Shown: positions 11,247 through 26,259, counted from the first letter of the whole stretch. The stretch is DNA of 63,671 nucleotides, filler included, from Octopus bimaculoides (GCF_001194135.2; 9 parts of 6 records of this genome joined end to end with filler, not necessarily neighbours in it); one strand, 5' to 3'. The notes: generated from the sequence alone by a model not told the origin. Translations and numbers: made by a program.

Positions 11247-12816
11247 CAACAACAACAACAAGAATAATTTTGATAAAATGGAATTTATGTGGCCATGGTA
11301 AGTTATACACAATAGTTCTACAAGTTATCAACACATTTGTGATACCAATCAATGCCAGCATGGAAGGTGGCTGTTAAACAATGATGATGATGATGGTGAT
11401 GATGATGATGAATCAATATTTACTTATCTCATGTTAGTGTGATAAACAGAATCAATTATAAATGATAGTGAAGATATGATGAAGAAAGGGACCTTTATGT
11501 GAGTCACTGATAAAATGACTATGTGAATGAATGAAGGAGCTTCTATGTGGTTGCACAACCTGCAGCTTGAAAGAAAGAAAATGAAAAAAGAAAAGAAAGA
11601 AAGAAAGAAAGAAAATTTGACTTAAGATGGATCTTCTCATGGTAGGTATTTACAAGTAGATAGATTGAAAGAATGAAAGATTGGCCCTAAATGCAACAAT
11701 GAAAGCAATGGGAATGAGACAAAAACCCTTGACCTTCCAACTAGTAAGTCACAACATGTTAACTTGATCACACAGGTGTATTTTCTTTTACTGTTTTATA
11801 TCTACTTTTCCATGTCTGTACGGGTGGCATAATTTTATTACAGGTTGTTGCTCTTCTTACTGTTAACCATTCAACCATGAAGAGAGTAACTGTCATTTTG
11901 TGTCAGTCAGACAAACTGGAACAAAGAAGAATAAAACAGAAAAACTTCCACTGAAGTACACTACAATAGCTGTAGTAACATAGCTTGGATTTAGATAGTT
12001 ATTATGCACCAAGACTTGTGAACAACTATGCTTCATTTATGAGGTCATGATAAGAGCAAAACCTGTCAAGAGTTGTCCCCCCACCCACCCACAGTTGGTA
12101 AAATAGTTGAAAATAGTATAGTCATTATCAATATTATTTCTAATTAGCTTTTTAATGTATCCTGATTTAAATGTGTTAACATTATCAGTTAACATTAATG
12201 TGGGTAGAAAATATAAATTCAATCAAAGATCCAGAATAGCGTCTGATTTAAGCACAAGGCCAGCAATTTTTTTTTTTTAGGGGAAGCGATCAGTTGATAC
12301 TATTGACATCAGTACTATATTTTATTAATGGACCCCCAAAGGATGAATGGCAAAGTTTATCTTGGCAGGATTTGGAATGAGCCAGAACAAAAGCTTCCAG
12401 ACATTTTCCTTGATGCTCTAATGATTCTGTTACCTTGAAGATTCAGAATGTTTGATAACATTTTTTAATTCTATTACAATCATGAGATGAGAAAATGTGT
12501 TGCCAGTAAATTAATTTGGTTGTGACAAACTTGATCAACAAAAAATGGTGAAATGTCATTAAATACAGAAGAGAATACAGAAGAGAGCACCCTATAAAAG
12601 CTATATGCAGCTGAGATCTTTACAGTGTGTGCATTCATACAACTGTGTCTATATGGTATACATTCATGTGAGTCTGTATGATGTGTTCACCTACACAACT
12701 GAGTCTTGCACAGTGTATGCACCAATATAAATGAATCTCTAATGCATGTACATCCATACAGGTGAATTTCTATGGCAAGTGCATCCATACAAGTGATGTT
12801 GTATGATGTGTATGAA

Positions 12817-12872
<56 letters not shown>

Positions 12873-14419
12873 ATTCACACAAGTGAGTCTGTAGTCTTTG
12901 TGCAAACATATATCGTTTTATGTTTTCTCTCACATATGCTGTTTTTATGAAAGATAAATTTGGAAGCAAGTTAATTCTGTTTATTGTGGAAAGTCCTAAA
13001 CAGATTGTAACTGTAGATGTTGAAATACGTAACTATAATTGAAGTGTTACTATTGAACTAGTCACATTAATGGCTTGCTAAAAGCTATGACTGAAGTATA
13101 GTCACTGTTGAGCTGGATGTTGTTGACAAATGCTGAAATCTGAGTTAATGATAAAAAGCTAGTATCCAAGTTATTGTTATAAGCCAATATCTGATTGTGG
13201 TAGAAGCCTGTCCACTATTGTAGTGGATACTGTATAACCAGTCAGCTATCTGTGTCTCTATTGCTACTACTATTAATGTGGAAACACTTATTAGCAACTA
13301 AATATACCTGTTAATATATCCTGGTGCTTAACACTGATCAGCTGTTAGAAATAGCCACTGGGAAAGAAGCTGCTGCTGCTGCTTCTGGTGTTGCAATGAA
13401 TTACCACTGCTTTTAGTGAGCAGGTGAGTGAGAATTTATTGAAGAGCTGTAAAACAAATCTATTCCTTCAAATTTACCTCTCTGGTACACTAATAATGCA
13501 GACTTCTTTCCATCATGAGAAATTCATAACACATCTTCAAGAGTATTGAGTTTTATGCACATGTGCACACACACACACACACATACATATATACATTACA
13601 TAACTGTACATTTTATTGTGTATTTCAGTGTATTTCAGAAAAATATCTGTTTTCCCAAGTTCTCAAGACAGTTATTTGCCTGTGCAAATTTAGAATTCAA
13701 TAACAACATTCTTTCATATCTACTTGTTTTTTCCCAGGCATAGAATTATTCAGGTATTTCATACCTGAATACAAAAGAAGCAATAAATAAATAAAAAATA
13801 AATAATTAATTCTATTTTATTAGCTATTTACAACTCTTAAGTTAATGCAGAATAAAGCTATAAACCAACTGTGTCATAAAATAACATATTTCACAAGGAG
13901 CACTGCATATCAACCCTAATTAGAACACTAAATACTCAACAAATACTGAAGTGAAAGTTGTGTCACTTCCATGGATGTTGGTCTTAAATCCGGGTCAGCT
14001 CTGACTGAACAAACCAGTAATCAAAAACATTCCAGCCATGACCCTCCCCTCATTTGTGAGGAGGTGTCATGTATCAGTGGACTCAGTACATTTCATGAGA
14101 CAATTAATTTGCACCTAGAAACTTCCCTTCAAAGGAACGACCTTGGGAAAGAGACTTTATGTGTAAGCTTCCTCTCTCCATACCACTAATATTGAACAAG
14201 GAAAAGGCAAGAGCTAAAAATGACTAGTACCAGTGTCACTGCAGCCATTGCTGTCACAAGAGACAAAAAGCTGAAACTAATAGCACAAGGTATTCATACT
14301 CAATATTCTAATAATTTTGCTGCAAGGACAGGTACAATTAGACTTCAATGTCATTTCAGCGATTGCTAACAAACTGTAAACAAATTTGGAACAGGTATTC
14401 TGCTAATAATCATCACCAT

Positions 14420-17130
14420 CGTCGTCATCATCATCAGTTAATGTCCACTTTCCAATGCTTGTATGGGTCATACAGAATTTGTTGAGGCAGATTTCCGATG
14501 GCCTTGATGCACTTCCTATCACCAAACACCAGCTGTTTCCAAACAAGGTAATATTTCACCTTCAAAAACTGGAAACAAGCAACACTGCACTTGTACGATG
14601 GTGGTACTTATTTACAACTGACGCATGATGCTAAGTCAAGGGTATGGGTACACACAAGTACACACATTCATATCATAAATACACACACACACATACATAC
14701 ATATTCTTTTACTTGCTTCAGTCATTTGACTGGCCATGCTGGAGCACTGCCTTGAAGGGTTTTAGTCAAACAAATTGACCCCAGGACTTATTTTTTTAAG
14801 ACTGGTACTTATTCTATCAGTCTGTTTCACTAAACCACTACGTAATGGGGATGTAAACACACCAACACCAGTTGTCAAGTGGTCATGGCGGGGGTACAGA
14901 CACAGATGCACACACATACACAGATATATACATATATATGTACGATGGGCTTCTTTCAGTTTCCGTCGAGTAAATCCACTCACAATGCTTTGGTCAACCC
15001 GAAGACACTTGCTCAAGGTACCATGCAATGGGACTGAACCTGCAACATATATATTATCCCTTCTGAATCATATTCATCCTCACTGTACCTTGTGTGTATG
15101 ACCTGATACATCTCTTTTACTCCGTCTCTCTTTCCTCTCCTTTTCTTACTGGGGTAGCCAAGTATCTCCTCTATAGTAAGACATCTATTTCTATCCCTCT
15201 GTCATACTTTAACCTCTCAACCAGCACAATACCACTTCGTTCAGTAACACTCCCCCCTCCCAGTTGAGGGGGTGTCTTGCAAGTAACTTGGTGACGCAGC
15301 TGGTGCCATGAAAAAGCACCATTGTTAGTGTCACATAAAAAAGCCTTCAGTACACTCTATAAAGTGGTTGGCATTGGAATGGCATCAAGCTGTAGAAACC
15401 ATGCCAAAGCAGACAATGGAGCCTGGTGCAATTCTTTGGCTTGCCAGCTCCTGTCAAACCATCCAACTCATTCCAACATAGAAAATGGACATGATGATGA
15501 TGATGACATATATACACAGAATAGGCTTCTTTCAATTTCCATCTGCTAAATCCATTCACAAGGCTTTGGTCAGCCTAGGCCTGTAGTAAAAAGCAAACAC
15601 ATGTCCAAGGTGTCACATCATGGGACTGAACCTGAGATCATGTACTTGTGAAGCAAGCTTCTTAACTATACAACCATTTCTGCAGTGGACTGTTATTTTA
15701 TTTATCAACCATAAAAAGAGGAAAGACAAAAGTTGATCTTGGCAGGACGTGAAAAGCCACAAGTATCACACATCAATTTATCCAATACTCTAACAACTGT
15801 GCCAGTTTGCTGTCCTATGTAATAAGAACTACCTTATCTAAAATGGTATGGATTAATGAGGGAAATTTAGCTTCTATTTCTAGCAGGTTACTGAAACATC
15901 TGGCCTACAGACAAGTCTAATATATCACTACAATGGCCTCTGCTCCTCACAACTACCCTGCTGCATACAAATTCCAGCCAGGTCTATCCATCTCACTAGT
16001 CTCTTCTCTTTCATCACCCATTCTCTGTCTTGATTCTCAGTCCTTATATACTTGGTTCAAATTTCCACCCATTTGTTCCAACATGTCAATGTTCTAGAAC
16101 CTTCCTCTGGATAACATGTTTCCTTTAGATAGTTGCAGGCATAACTGTGTGGTAAGAAGTTTCCTTCCCAACCACATGGTTTTGGGTTCAAACCTATGCA
16201 GTGGCAACTTGGACAAGTGTCTTCTACTAATATCTACTAATATTCCCAGGCAGACCAAAACCTTGTGAAAGGATTTGGTAGATGGAAAGTGAAAGAAGCC
16301 TGTCATATGTGTGTGTGTGTGTGTGTGCACATGCGCACGTGTATTACTGTCCCCTTGCCTTGACATTGGGTAATAGTTGTAAGTGTCATCATCATACAAG
16401 CAGTATCCTTTCTTTTCAATCTTCTGTGAAAACATGTCTGGCTGTAGAGGGAAATATTATCTTGCTTGAAAACAAAAGCGGGTTGGTGACAGGAAGGGCA
16501 TCCAGCATAGAAAATCCATCTCAGCAAATTCCATTCAACCCATGCAAGCATCGAAGAGTGGATGCTACAATGATGATTATGATGGCTATGATGTCTACTT
16601 ACAGATGTTCAGACTGAACATCAACCACTTCACCATTCTCGACAGTCTCAGAGAAGCTGAGAATGTCACTGGTGCTGCCCCTTCCTCCTGACTACACTAT
16701 CAAAGACAAAAGAAATTATTAAAAAGTTTACCAGTCTAAAGATGGAATTTATAAAATGTCAGTCAGATAACGAAGATATTTATGGTTCATTATTTTATTG
16801 GCATTTTTCTGTGTGTGTGTGTGTGTGTGTGTGCGTGTGTGTGCGTGTATGTGTGTGTTTACATTTTCATTTTAAAGAATAAAAAGAATTATTGACATTG
16901 CAGTATAGTTTGCTTGTTCATATTTGTTCCATTCATTGGACTGTGGCCATGCTGGAGCACCCCGCTTGAAGGGTTTTAGTTGAACAGATCAATCTCAGTA
17001 CTTATTTTGCAAGTCTGGTATTTATTCTATCATTCTCTGTTGCCAAACTACTAAGTTACAGAGACACAAACAAACCAACACTGGTTATCAAGTGGAGGGG
17101 ATGGATGACAACTACAGATACACACATGTA
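14420..17130. mobile_element. run of degenerate SINE-A copies (minus ~14700-15050, ~15500-15670, ~16910-17125; plus ~16125-16600)
   Basis: cagtcatt(t)gactg(t)ggccatgctggagcac tails and gtggtaagaag..gggttca heads, with CpGs mostly decayed. Confidence 0.7.
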
Positions 17131-18169
17131 TTGGGTCATCCCATAAATAATGCAGTTTTTTTTTATACTTCTTATATTTTTCAAAATTAAGATAAACGAT
17201 TTTCTTTTTTAATCTAAAATATACTCTCCATCATTTTAAACAATGCTCTACCATTTATCTGGTAGACATGCAAGGCCCCTCTTCCAAAAGTCACTTGTCC
17301 GTGACAAAAAATAATCCTCCAGTATTGTTCTGACCTTGTCTACAGAATTCATATTTTTTCCATCCAAATGATTTTGAAGACTGCAGAATAAATGATAATC
17401 AGATGGGGCAATGTCCAGAAAATATGGTGAGTAGGGCATTGTTTCTCATTCAAACTGCTCCAGCCTTTGGAATGTCACCCTCGTTGTACGAGGCTAAGCA
17501 CGATCTTGATGGAAGAACACTTTTCCTCTTGAAACCAAAGATGGTCGTTTTTCTTCTAGTGCTGACATAAGCTGTTCACAGTAGATCTCCTTTGTTAGCA
17601 TTTGGTTTGGGCTTAAAAGTTCAAAGTGGACTAAACCTTGGAAAGTTTGTGAAGAACCCATTGACCCAATTTGCTGACTTTTCCAATGGCACATAGGTGT
17701 CAATGAATGGTTGAATGACCAAATTCAAGCCTCTCTGCTAGTTCTTCAACAGTTACGATAGGATTTTGTTCCACCAGGATTTGTAGGTCGTCCTTGTCGA
17801 GCTTTATAGATCTTCCAGGACAAGGCTTGTTTTCTAGGCAGTAGTTTCTGACTTAGAATCCCTGGAACCACCATTGACACTGGCTTACACTTATTGTCTG
17901 ATCCCCATATACTGCATTAATGTTCCTCTCACGTTCCGTTGCATTGTTGCCTTTATTGAACTCAGTAAGCAAAATATGCTCTTTTGTCACTTCCATTATA
18001 GCTTTTGTTAAAATCGAACAACACACTTGAAAACTTGCACTATGAATAAGGACAAGATAAAAATACTACCAGCTTTTATAGCAAGTTGATGCATGTAGTT
18101 TATCCCGTCCCCCTCCAACTTTCAGTTCATGCAATTGAAAAAAACCATATTATTTATGGGATGACCCAA
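17131..18169 (-). mobile_element. mariner (DD34D) transposon, internally deleted, non-functional
   Basis: TIRs ttgggtcatcccataaataat / attatttatgggatgacccaa are flanked by TA (17129-30, 18170-71). Protein remnants include WVLHKL and PYSPDIAPSDYHLF; the DEKW segment is missing. Confidence 0.93.
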
Positions 18170-18755
18170 TATATACACGACAGGCTTCCACACAGTTTTC
18201 AGCAACCAAATTCACTTACAAAGCATGGTAGCCTTGTGAGTGAATTCACTTAAAGTGATGTTCAGTGGGACTAAACTTGAAATTACATGGTTCCAAAGTG
18301 AGCTTCTTAACAACATGACCATGCACAAGTTGATGAATAAATGATGACACCAATGCTTTACAGTTGAGCAATCTACTGTAAATGTTATGCATTCATACGT
18401 AAGTGTAAGTTAGTATATAGAAGTGTAATACAACAAACACATGAACCCTAAGTCAATACTTGCACTAAGCATTAAAAACATAACCTATTTGTTTGCAGTC
18501 TAGTATGCAAGCCATTGAATGACATGATATTACTTTTATGCATGAGCAGGGAAATAATATAAGGCAAATGAAATAAAAGTCATGTAGCTATGTAGGGTGT
18601 ATGCATCACTGGTTCAGTGAATAAGAAAATTATGCTTCGTCTAGAAACAAGCTCCTTTCTTGTCTAACTCTCTAGATCAGCTTTAATATAGCAGGCTACA
18701 ATATCAAAAGCATTCCAGCTTTCTAGTCATGATCATATTATCATTATTATTTGAA

Positions 18756-19810
18756 AGCGGTGAGCTAGCAGAATTGTTAGCATGCCGGGCAAAATGCTTA
18801 GCAGCATTTCATCCATCTTTATTTTATGTTTTGAATTCAAATTCCAGAGATTGACTTTGCCTTTCATCCTTTTGGGGGTCAATAAAATAGTACCAGTTGA
18901 ACACTGGGGTTGATTTAATTAACTAAGCCTCTTCCCTGAACTAACTGACTTTGTGCCAAAATTTGAAACCACTATTATTATTAAGTTGGTAAGCTGGCAG
19001 AATCATTAACAAGCCAAGCAAAATGCTTAATGGCATTTCATCTGTCTTCACGTTCTGAATTCAAATTCTGCCAAGGTTGACTTTGCCTCTCATCCATTCA
19101 GGGTCAATGAAATAAGTACCAGTAGAACATTAGTGTCAATGTAATCAATTTACTTACTCCTCTGAAATTGCTGGTCTTGTGCCAAAATTTAAAACCATTA
19201 TTATTATTATTAAGGTGGTGAGCTGGCAGAATTGTTAGCATATCTTGTCAAAATGATTAGAAGCATTTCATCCATCGTCGTGTTCTGAGTTTAGACTCTG
19301 CTGAAGTTGACTTTGCCTTTCATCTTTTAAGGATCAATAAAATAAGTACCAGTTAATCAACTTACCCCTAGACTGAAGTTGCTGGCCTTGTGCCAAAATT
19401 TGAAATCATGATTATTATTATTAAAGCTGCAAGCTGGCAGGAACGTTAGTACACTGGGTGAAATGCTAAGCAGTATTTCATCCATCTTTGTGTTCTACAC
19501 TCAAACTTTGCCTTTCATCCTTTTGGGAATGAAGTACTGGGGTCAATGCAATTGACCAGATCCCTCCCACAAAATTTTAAGCCTTGTTCCTATAACAGAA
19601 AGGATTATTATTATTTATTATGAAAGTGCTGGTAGAATCATTTAAAAGTATTTCTTCTGGGTTTTTACATTCTGGGTTCCAATTCCTCCATAGATAACTT
19701 TGCTTTTCATTTTTTTGAGACTAATAATATAAGTACCAGTTGACCACTGGAGTCAATGTAATCAACCAGCTCCCTGCCTTAAAATTTCAGGTTTTGCACC
19801 TATTGTAGAA
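18756..19810 (+). mobile_element. five head-to-tail SINE-B copies separated by short (TTA)n
   Basis: gagctggcagaa heads at about 18770, 18990, 19218 and 19432, plus a decayed copy near 19630. Confidence 0.85.
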
Positions 19811-19829
19811 AGAGAGTATGATCGCGAAT

Positions 19830-20222
19830 ACAAGTGACCAAAATGAGGCTCTCCCTAAGGTTCTCTGGAGTAACATCATGCAACCGGATGCATAGCTTGG
19901 AGATTAGGGAGTCTCTCCAGGTTGAGCCACTACTTCTCTACATTAAGGGGTTACAGCTCCAGCACTATGGATATGTGGTTAGAATACTGCAGAAAATTAC
20001 TGAAAGATAGAATCATCAAGCTGAGCCAACCAACAGAAGACCTAAAGATAAACTGAGAATGAGGAATTTGGATAATATCTATCATCTCAGTTGGCAACAC
20101 TTTGGAATCCAGCTGGAAAGTGGAATCATGGTTGCTTCTGATAGGCCCGTATGGAGAGGTGCCTGAGGGCTCTGCCCACACAACCCTTCCAAGATAGTGA
20201 GTGATGAAAATGGATGAACAGC
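19830..20222 (+). mobile_element. RTE-clade LINE 3' end
   Basis: SLEIRESLQVEPLLLYIKGLQLQHYGYVVRI...SWQHFGIQLES..VASDRPVWR matches the RTE ORF end. Confidence 0.78.
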
Positions 20223-22109
20223 AAAATTCATTTTTCTTCAGAAAAATTGTACCCAAGACTACATCATCCAATATGTCTTCATTTTAAAACTAGTAGGATG
20301 TGATATAAAGAGACAAGACACTTGGCTGCTGTTTCTAGCTGGTTAAAAGATCACATAGTCTCTATGTCATAAAGCCTTCCTAGTTGACTTGTTTTTAGTT
20401 CAAATCCAGATTGAGACTGTGTACATGTTCAGAAATATGACACTAGGTGACAATTGTAAAATGAACCAATCAACACCCAATGTACATATAACTACTGTAA
20501 ATACTGCATTATTCATCTCTAAATATGAGGTTAATAATCCAGAAAATTATAATCTTCTATGTATGAATGATCTTGCATATGTGAATTATATAAATAGAAA
20601 GACAGGTTTAACAGTTAATGCCTTTGTGTGATTATTGTTAGTCATTATTTAATCAGTCAAATTACTGGCTCTTTATGCTGAGTTCAAACGTTGTCAAAGC
20701 CAACTTTGCTTTCCATCTTTCTGGGGGTGATAAAATAAAGTACTAGTGAAATACTGAGGTGGATTTAATCAACTAATCTTTCTTGTCCCTTAACACCAGA
20801 ATTTATGGTTTACGGTATTGTGCTTATAATGTAAATCATTATTTATTAAATTAATTAATACATATTTACATATATTGTTTAATTGTGACAGAGCCAATAA
20901 TTTGACTTTTATCCATCAGTTGGCGAGAGAGAGAGGGGGGAGAGGGAGGTGGATTTTGAGTTAATAGATATCTACTTGAGGCATATGATTATTTAGAGCC
21001 AGATAACCTGAGTAAGAATTTAGCCATAGATATGGCCCTGTGCTTGTAATAGGGATATGAACAGATGTCTACATATATATCATTTTACATCCACTTTCCA
21101 TGTTAGCATGGGTTGAATGAGACATCATAGTCTGACTCAGTTATTAGTAGGAGTTATTGCCCTCCTACACATGTAGAGGATCATATCTCTCACAAACATT
21201 CCATTCTTGGCATGGCTTCTATAGCTGGATGCTTTTCTTAATATCCACCACTTTATAGAGTATACTGGGTACTTTTTATCATGACACTAGTACTAGATAA
21301 ATTGTCAGATCCTTAACAAGACCAAAGGGTCCTTTTATCTTATGCAGTGTCCATTTAATCACCACCCATTTTACAGAATGCACTGTATGTATTGTGGCAC
21401 CAGCGCCAGAGAGGCTGCCTTGTCTATTGCAAGACTAAAGGGTTTTCTGGTTTCTGTATTAACTCCATTCTTTCAAAGCAAATATGATCAAAAGGGTAAA
21501 TAGAGGAGTGAGTTATTACTAAGTCAAAGTATGAGTGAAGGAAGAGAGAGAATGAGTATGAAACAGTCTGATAGGAAAGTTTGGTAAGGGAGGGAGTAAT
21601 GGAAGAGAGATAGTGAGAGCTATATCTTGGTTGTTGGTAAGGAGAATAAATAGAAAAGTAGCATGAGCAGTATGATGGGATTGCAACAGAGACAGGTGAA
21701 GGCAAGAGAGAGTGAGTGACAGACATCAATAGAGGTGAGTGACAGACATCAATAGAGGTGAGTGATATCAAGAGTGGTAGATAGCAATGAAGAGTGACAA
21801 GAGGGAGAAGAAAGTGTGATTGTAAAGAAGGATGATAGTAAGAGATACTGGATATCAATAGATCCAATGTTCTTTGATGTCATTCCTCATTGCACAGGCA
21901 TTGTGAAGGGAGGAAGAGTGTCAGAGAGGTGATGGTAGAAGAGAGGAAGAGCAATAAAGAGTGATAGCAGAAAGATTGTACATAGATGAAATGACATTCC
22001 TGGTTTCACCGGCAGCATGGTACACTGGGTATGCAAAAGGGTAAGTGAGAGGTTAACAAAGAAGGTAGTGGACATGAGTTTAACAGGAATATAATGGACA
22101 ATAAGAATT

Positions 22110-22150
<41 letters not shown>

Positions 22151-23589
22151 ATTCTCTATCCTATCACTATATTAATTAATATTTTGCCATACTTGCACTG
22201 GTGGGAAGGTTTTATTTAATATCATCATCATAATTATAATCATTTAACATCTCCTTTACCAATGCTGGGTTGGATGGTTTGACAAGAACAGACAAGCCAA
22301 AGCGCTCCACCAGATTCTATATTTACTTTGGCATGGTTTTACAGATGGATGCCCTTTCTAATGCCAACCACTTAACAGTTACTATTACATGTGACATTCT
22401 CTATGAGATTCAGCTTTTTGATATCAGCCTTCACTATTTCTCCCATGTGTTCCTAAGTCTGCCCCTTCTAAAAGATCCATCAACTTCGAGGACTTGGTAC
22501 TTTTTTTTAAAAAAGAACAAATATCCTCCATTCACCACATGTCTATATCAGTGCTGTCTTCTCTCTTGCACACTACATTTGACTACTTTTATATCCAGCT
22601 TTGATTTCAGCTCATTTGTACATACAGCTTTGATTTCAGCTCATTTGTACATACATTGTTCTTTCACACTATATACATCCAACAGAGCATGCTCACTAGA
22701 TTTCTTTCTAGCCATTGCAAATCTTCCATTTTCAAGGCCATATCTTACTACCATGCAGCATTAAGCTTTGTGTGTATTTGCATGTATGCATGGCCATGTG
22801 TGCATGTGTAAGCTAGTTGTAAGTCTAAGTCTGAGTGTGGTTTCTATTCCCACAAACAGAAGTTATTTCCATTAACTTATCACAAATGCCTACAGGAAAG
22901 TCATGCACATCATAGCATGTATCCTGCTAACCCTGAATTAAATAGAGTTAATCTTCCATTGATAGATTATGAATACTTTTTATATATTTAACTCTCTTTA
23001 TGTCACATGTCAGTTAAATAATTAGCTCACACACACACACACACATATGCGTGCACATATACATACACATATTTTGGATACATCAATGCACTTAAAAAAA
23101 CAATAAAGGAACTTCTACATAGCAGCTTAGCCTACTAGAAATAGCAACCAAATCACACTTTACTGCTTTAATAAACCACAAAGATAGTGCCTAATATGAT
23201 CTTAGATACATTGTGTCTGAAAAACAAAAAACAAGGTAGGGTGGTCATAGGTGTAATTTCTTCTGGTTATAGGTCAGCACAGTCACAGCTGATCAGGGCT
23301 TTAACAACAACTTTAATAAAAAATATGTAAATATGTATGCATCTGTGATTTTCTTTGAAACTCATTTAAGCTTTTTTTTTTACATAATTTAAGCAGGTCA
23401 CAAACCAAGTGAAGGAATTTCATTGTTTTAATCAGCACAGTTCTAGAGGTTTGTGAATATTTGAATGAATCTGTGTGTGTATATATAGAGGCAAACATGT
23501 AAGAGCATACAATGTAAGTGTATGTGAGGATATATTTGCATTTATGTAAATAAATGAGTGTATATGTTAATTCTAGGAAACTCAAATAG

Positions 23590-25300
23590 AGAATTTATGG
23601 AATGCTTTATAAACTTCCAATAATTGGTCAGACTTGGAGGCTATGAGTCAAGGTGATTTTGTCCTTACTAGGGAAAATCCAGCATTTCCAGGCTTTTGTG
23701 AAAATCTGCTGTTTCATAGGGCAGTGTAACTATGGTAATAAATACAAATGAGATATCTTATAGCCAGGATACAAGAGTTGTAAATCGTACATTAAGTTAC
23801 TATAGGTGTTCTTCTTTTTCCATGAATTCAGGTGATACATTCACATCCATGGGGCAGCTGATCTCTACAACAGAGCATGACTTTCATTCACTGTCCCAGG
23901 TCTTATTCTGAATACCAAGTCTGTTGTGTTTGCACTGATTACTGTTGTTATTCCTTATTTTAAAGATGTGTATACATTTTCATACTGGTGTTTCTTTGGT
24001 GTCATTATGAGGACAATTCTTCCTGAAGATGGCAAAGTAAATAATTTTGGCAACAAAACATTTTTCAGTGGGAAGATGGTACTTTGCAAACATTTGCTGG
24101 ACAATTGTTGATGATGTGGATGATAGCACACAATTAACACTTTCAATCACAATGCAGAGATTTGAAGCCACCATTATCTTTTTCATTAACCAGTTATTTA
24201 TTGGCTGTCTCCCATTCCAGAATAGAGAAGGCATGAATTCTTTTAGGTGAGATGTGATGTATTGATCCCAGGCTAACTTTTCTTTCAATATTGTTGATAC
24301 TCTCAAGCTTGCAGGTTATGTATCCATGAATATCTTTCTACTGATATGGAGAATATTTCTACATTGAACTTCTGTTTAAGTAGGTTAGGTCAAGCTACCC
24401 TTGGTTCACATGAAAGAAACTGTATACCCAAAATAGCTATACAAGTGTTATTCAACTACACTCAAGATATTTTTCTACTGTTGAATACACATCATGGACT
24501 CATTTCTTCCTGTACTGTTCAGTAAGTACTGACTTTATGCCTCTGCTTCAATCTTTCCCATCTAACATAGATCCTACGATGGTTAAATATCTTTCTAGTT
24601 TTGATATCCAAGCTGTGGATCATTTCATGAGTCCAGTCTTTTATCTTCAAGTTTAGTACAAACATTGGAACTGTGAAGGCATTATAGAACATGGTATTTC
24701 TGAATGCAAATAATCCTGAATTCCATACCTTCCAAAGTCCACTGAAGTATTCTTTCATCATGTTAATTTAACTCGGAGCACCAACATATGCAACATTCTC
24801 ATAAATTTGAGATACTCATAGAATCTGTCATCGGAGAAAGAGGAGATAGACATGTCATTGATATCCATATCTTATCAAGTCCAACAATCTTTTCTCAATT
24901 AAATACCAGAACACTTATCCTGAGCAAACTCCATCTGTATGTCGTGTGAGAATGCTGTGACTAACTCTGTCTATTTTTGTCATTGCTTATAACCTAAATA
25001 CAGCTTACAGATCAACAAAAAAGGGTGGGTGACATTAATTTTCGTTGCTTCTACAGATTCTAACCTTCAGCTTTGATATTTCTTTAACAGAACCGACAAA
25101 GGCTTCACTGCCACATGGGTAGCTGTTGAGACAAGCCATCATAATCTATAAAGCAATTCTGATAATGACTAAAGTAATTGCCACAAATCTTGGTGGTAGC
25201 TGTGTGTACTATGCTGCTGTAATCAGTCTTTTAATTAATGGCGGATGGAACATTAGCAAGGCACAATAATATAAGTATCCACGAATGAGGGACTGAATCA
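23590..25300 (-). mobile_element. old R4/Dong-like LINE (RT through CCHC/RLE region), heavily decayed
   Basis: Remnants FSHDIQMEFAQDKC, KDWTHEMIHSLDIKTRKIF and HIINNCP (zinc knuckle), with many stops and frameshifts. Confidence 0.75.
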
Positions 25301-26201
25301 AGTACCCTCTTGAAATTTAGTTGTATGGTGGATTGACAGAAGCAATAAAACATTAGACAAAATGTCTTATGATATTTATACCAACTCTTGGAATTTTGAG
25401 TTTAAATCCTGTTAAAATCAAGTTTTCTTTTCCTTCTTCCACCTGAACCTTGGGTACCTTTTTGAATCAAGCTTTTGGTTTGACTCGAATGCTTTGGTTT
25501 GTGGATCTCTTCCTCTCTCCCATCCTCACTCACAGGAACCCTGAAAATGTCCATAGGCGTTGCTCTTCTAATCAGACTCTTTTGTTTTTCGTAAAAGTGA
25601 AAAAAGAAAAACATATACAAAAAACTGGAGTGGGATCCCTCTCTAGCTCTAAGAGACTTGTAGGGTGATATTTCATTCAAACGTCAAGAGAAGAGCTATA
25701 GGACCATGTACTTGACTCTAAAACTGAGAACAGGGAGAAGAAGTAGGCTGAGGTGGTACATCACACACATACCCATACAACGTAACTGTAACACTTAGGT
25801 TGATAAAACATGAAGTTAAATGGGGTCACACTGAATCCAGCTGTTACACACCCCTGATAACAAAAGCCATGTCTAAGTGGGTAACCATAAATGCTTTATA
25901 TGTCTTTACTACTATTATATTTTGTTTTATTGAGTATGTTTCTATGGTATTTTCATACATATTTCATGTTTTACTAATTTTTAACCTGCCTGTCATTTAA
26001 TGTTTCTGTATCTCCTCCCATTTTTATAAAACTTACACCAGCCACACATGAAATGGAACTCCTAACGTTTATGTTTATTGTAATGTATACATGAGCCTTC
26101 TGTGGATCCTACATAGATTACAATTATGTTCATTACTACTACTACTACTACCACCACTACCACATGTATATGCGAAATTGTATTTACACAAATATCTATA
26201 C

Positions 26202-26256
<55 letters not shown>

Positions 26257-26259
<3 letters not shown>

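Noticed and set aside
20389-20631. 80-aa AT-rich ORF
   Set aside because: No motif and weak splice sites; consistent with chance.
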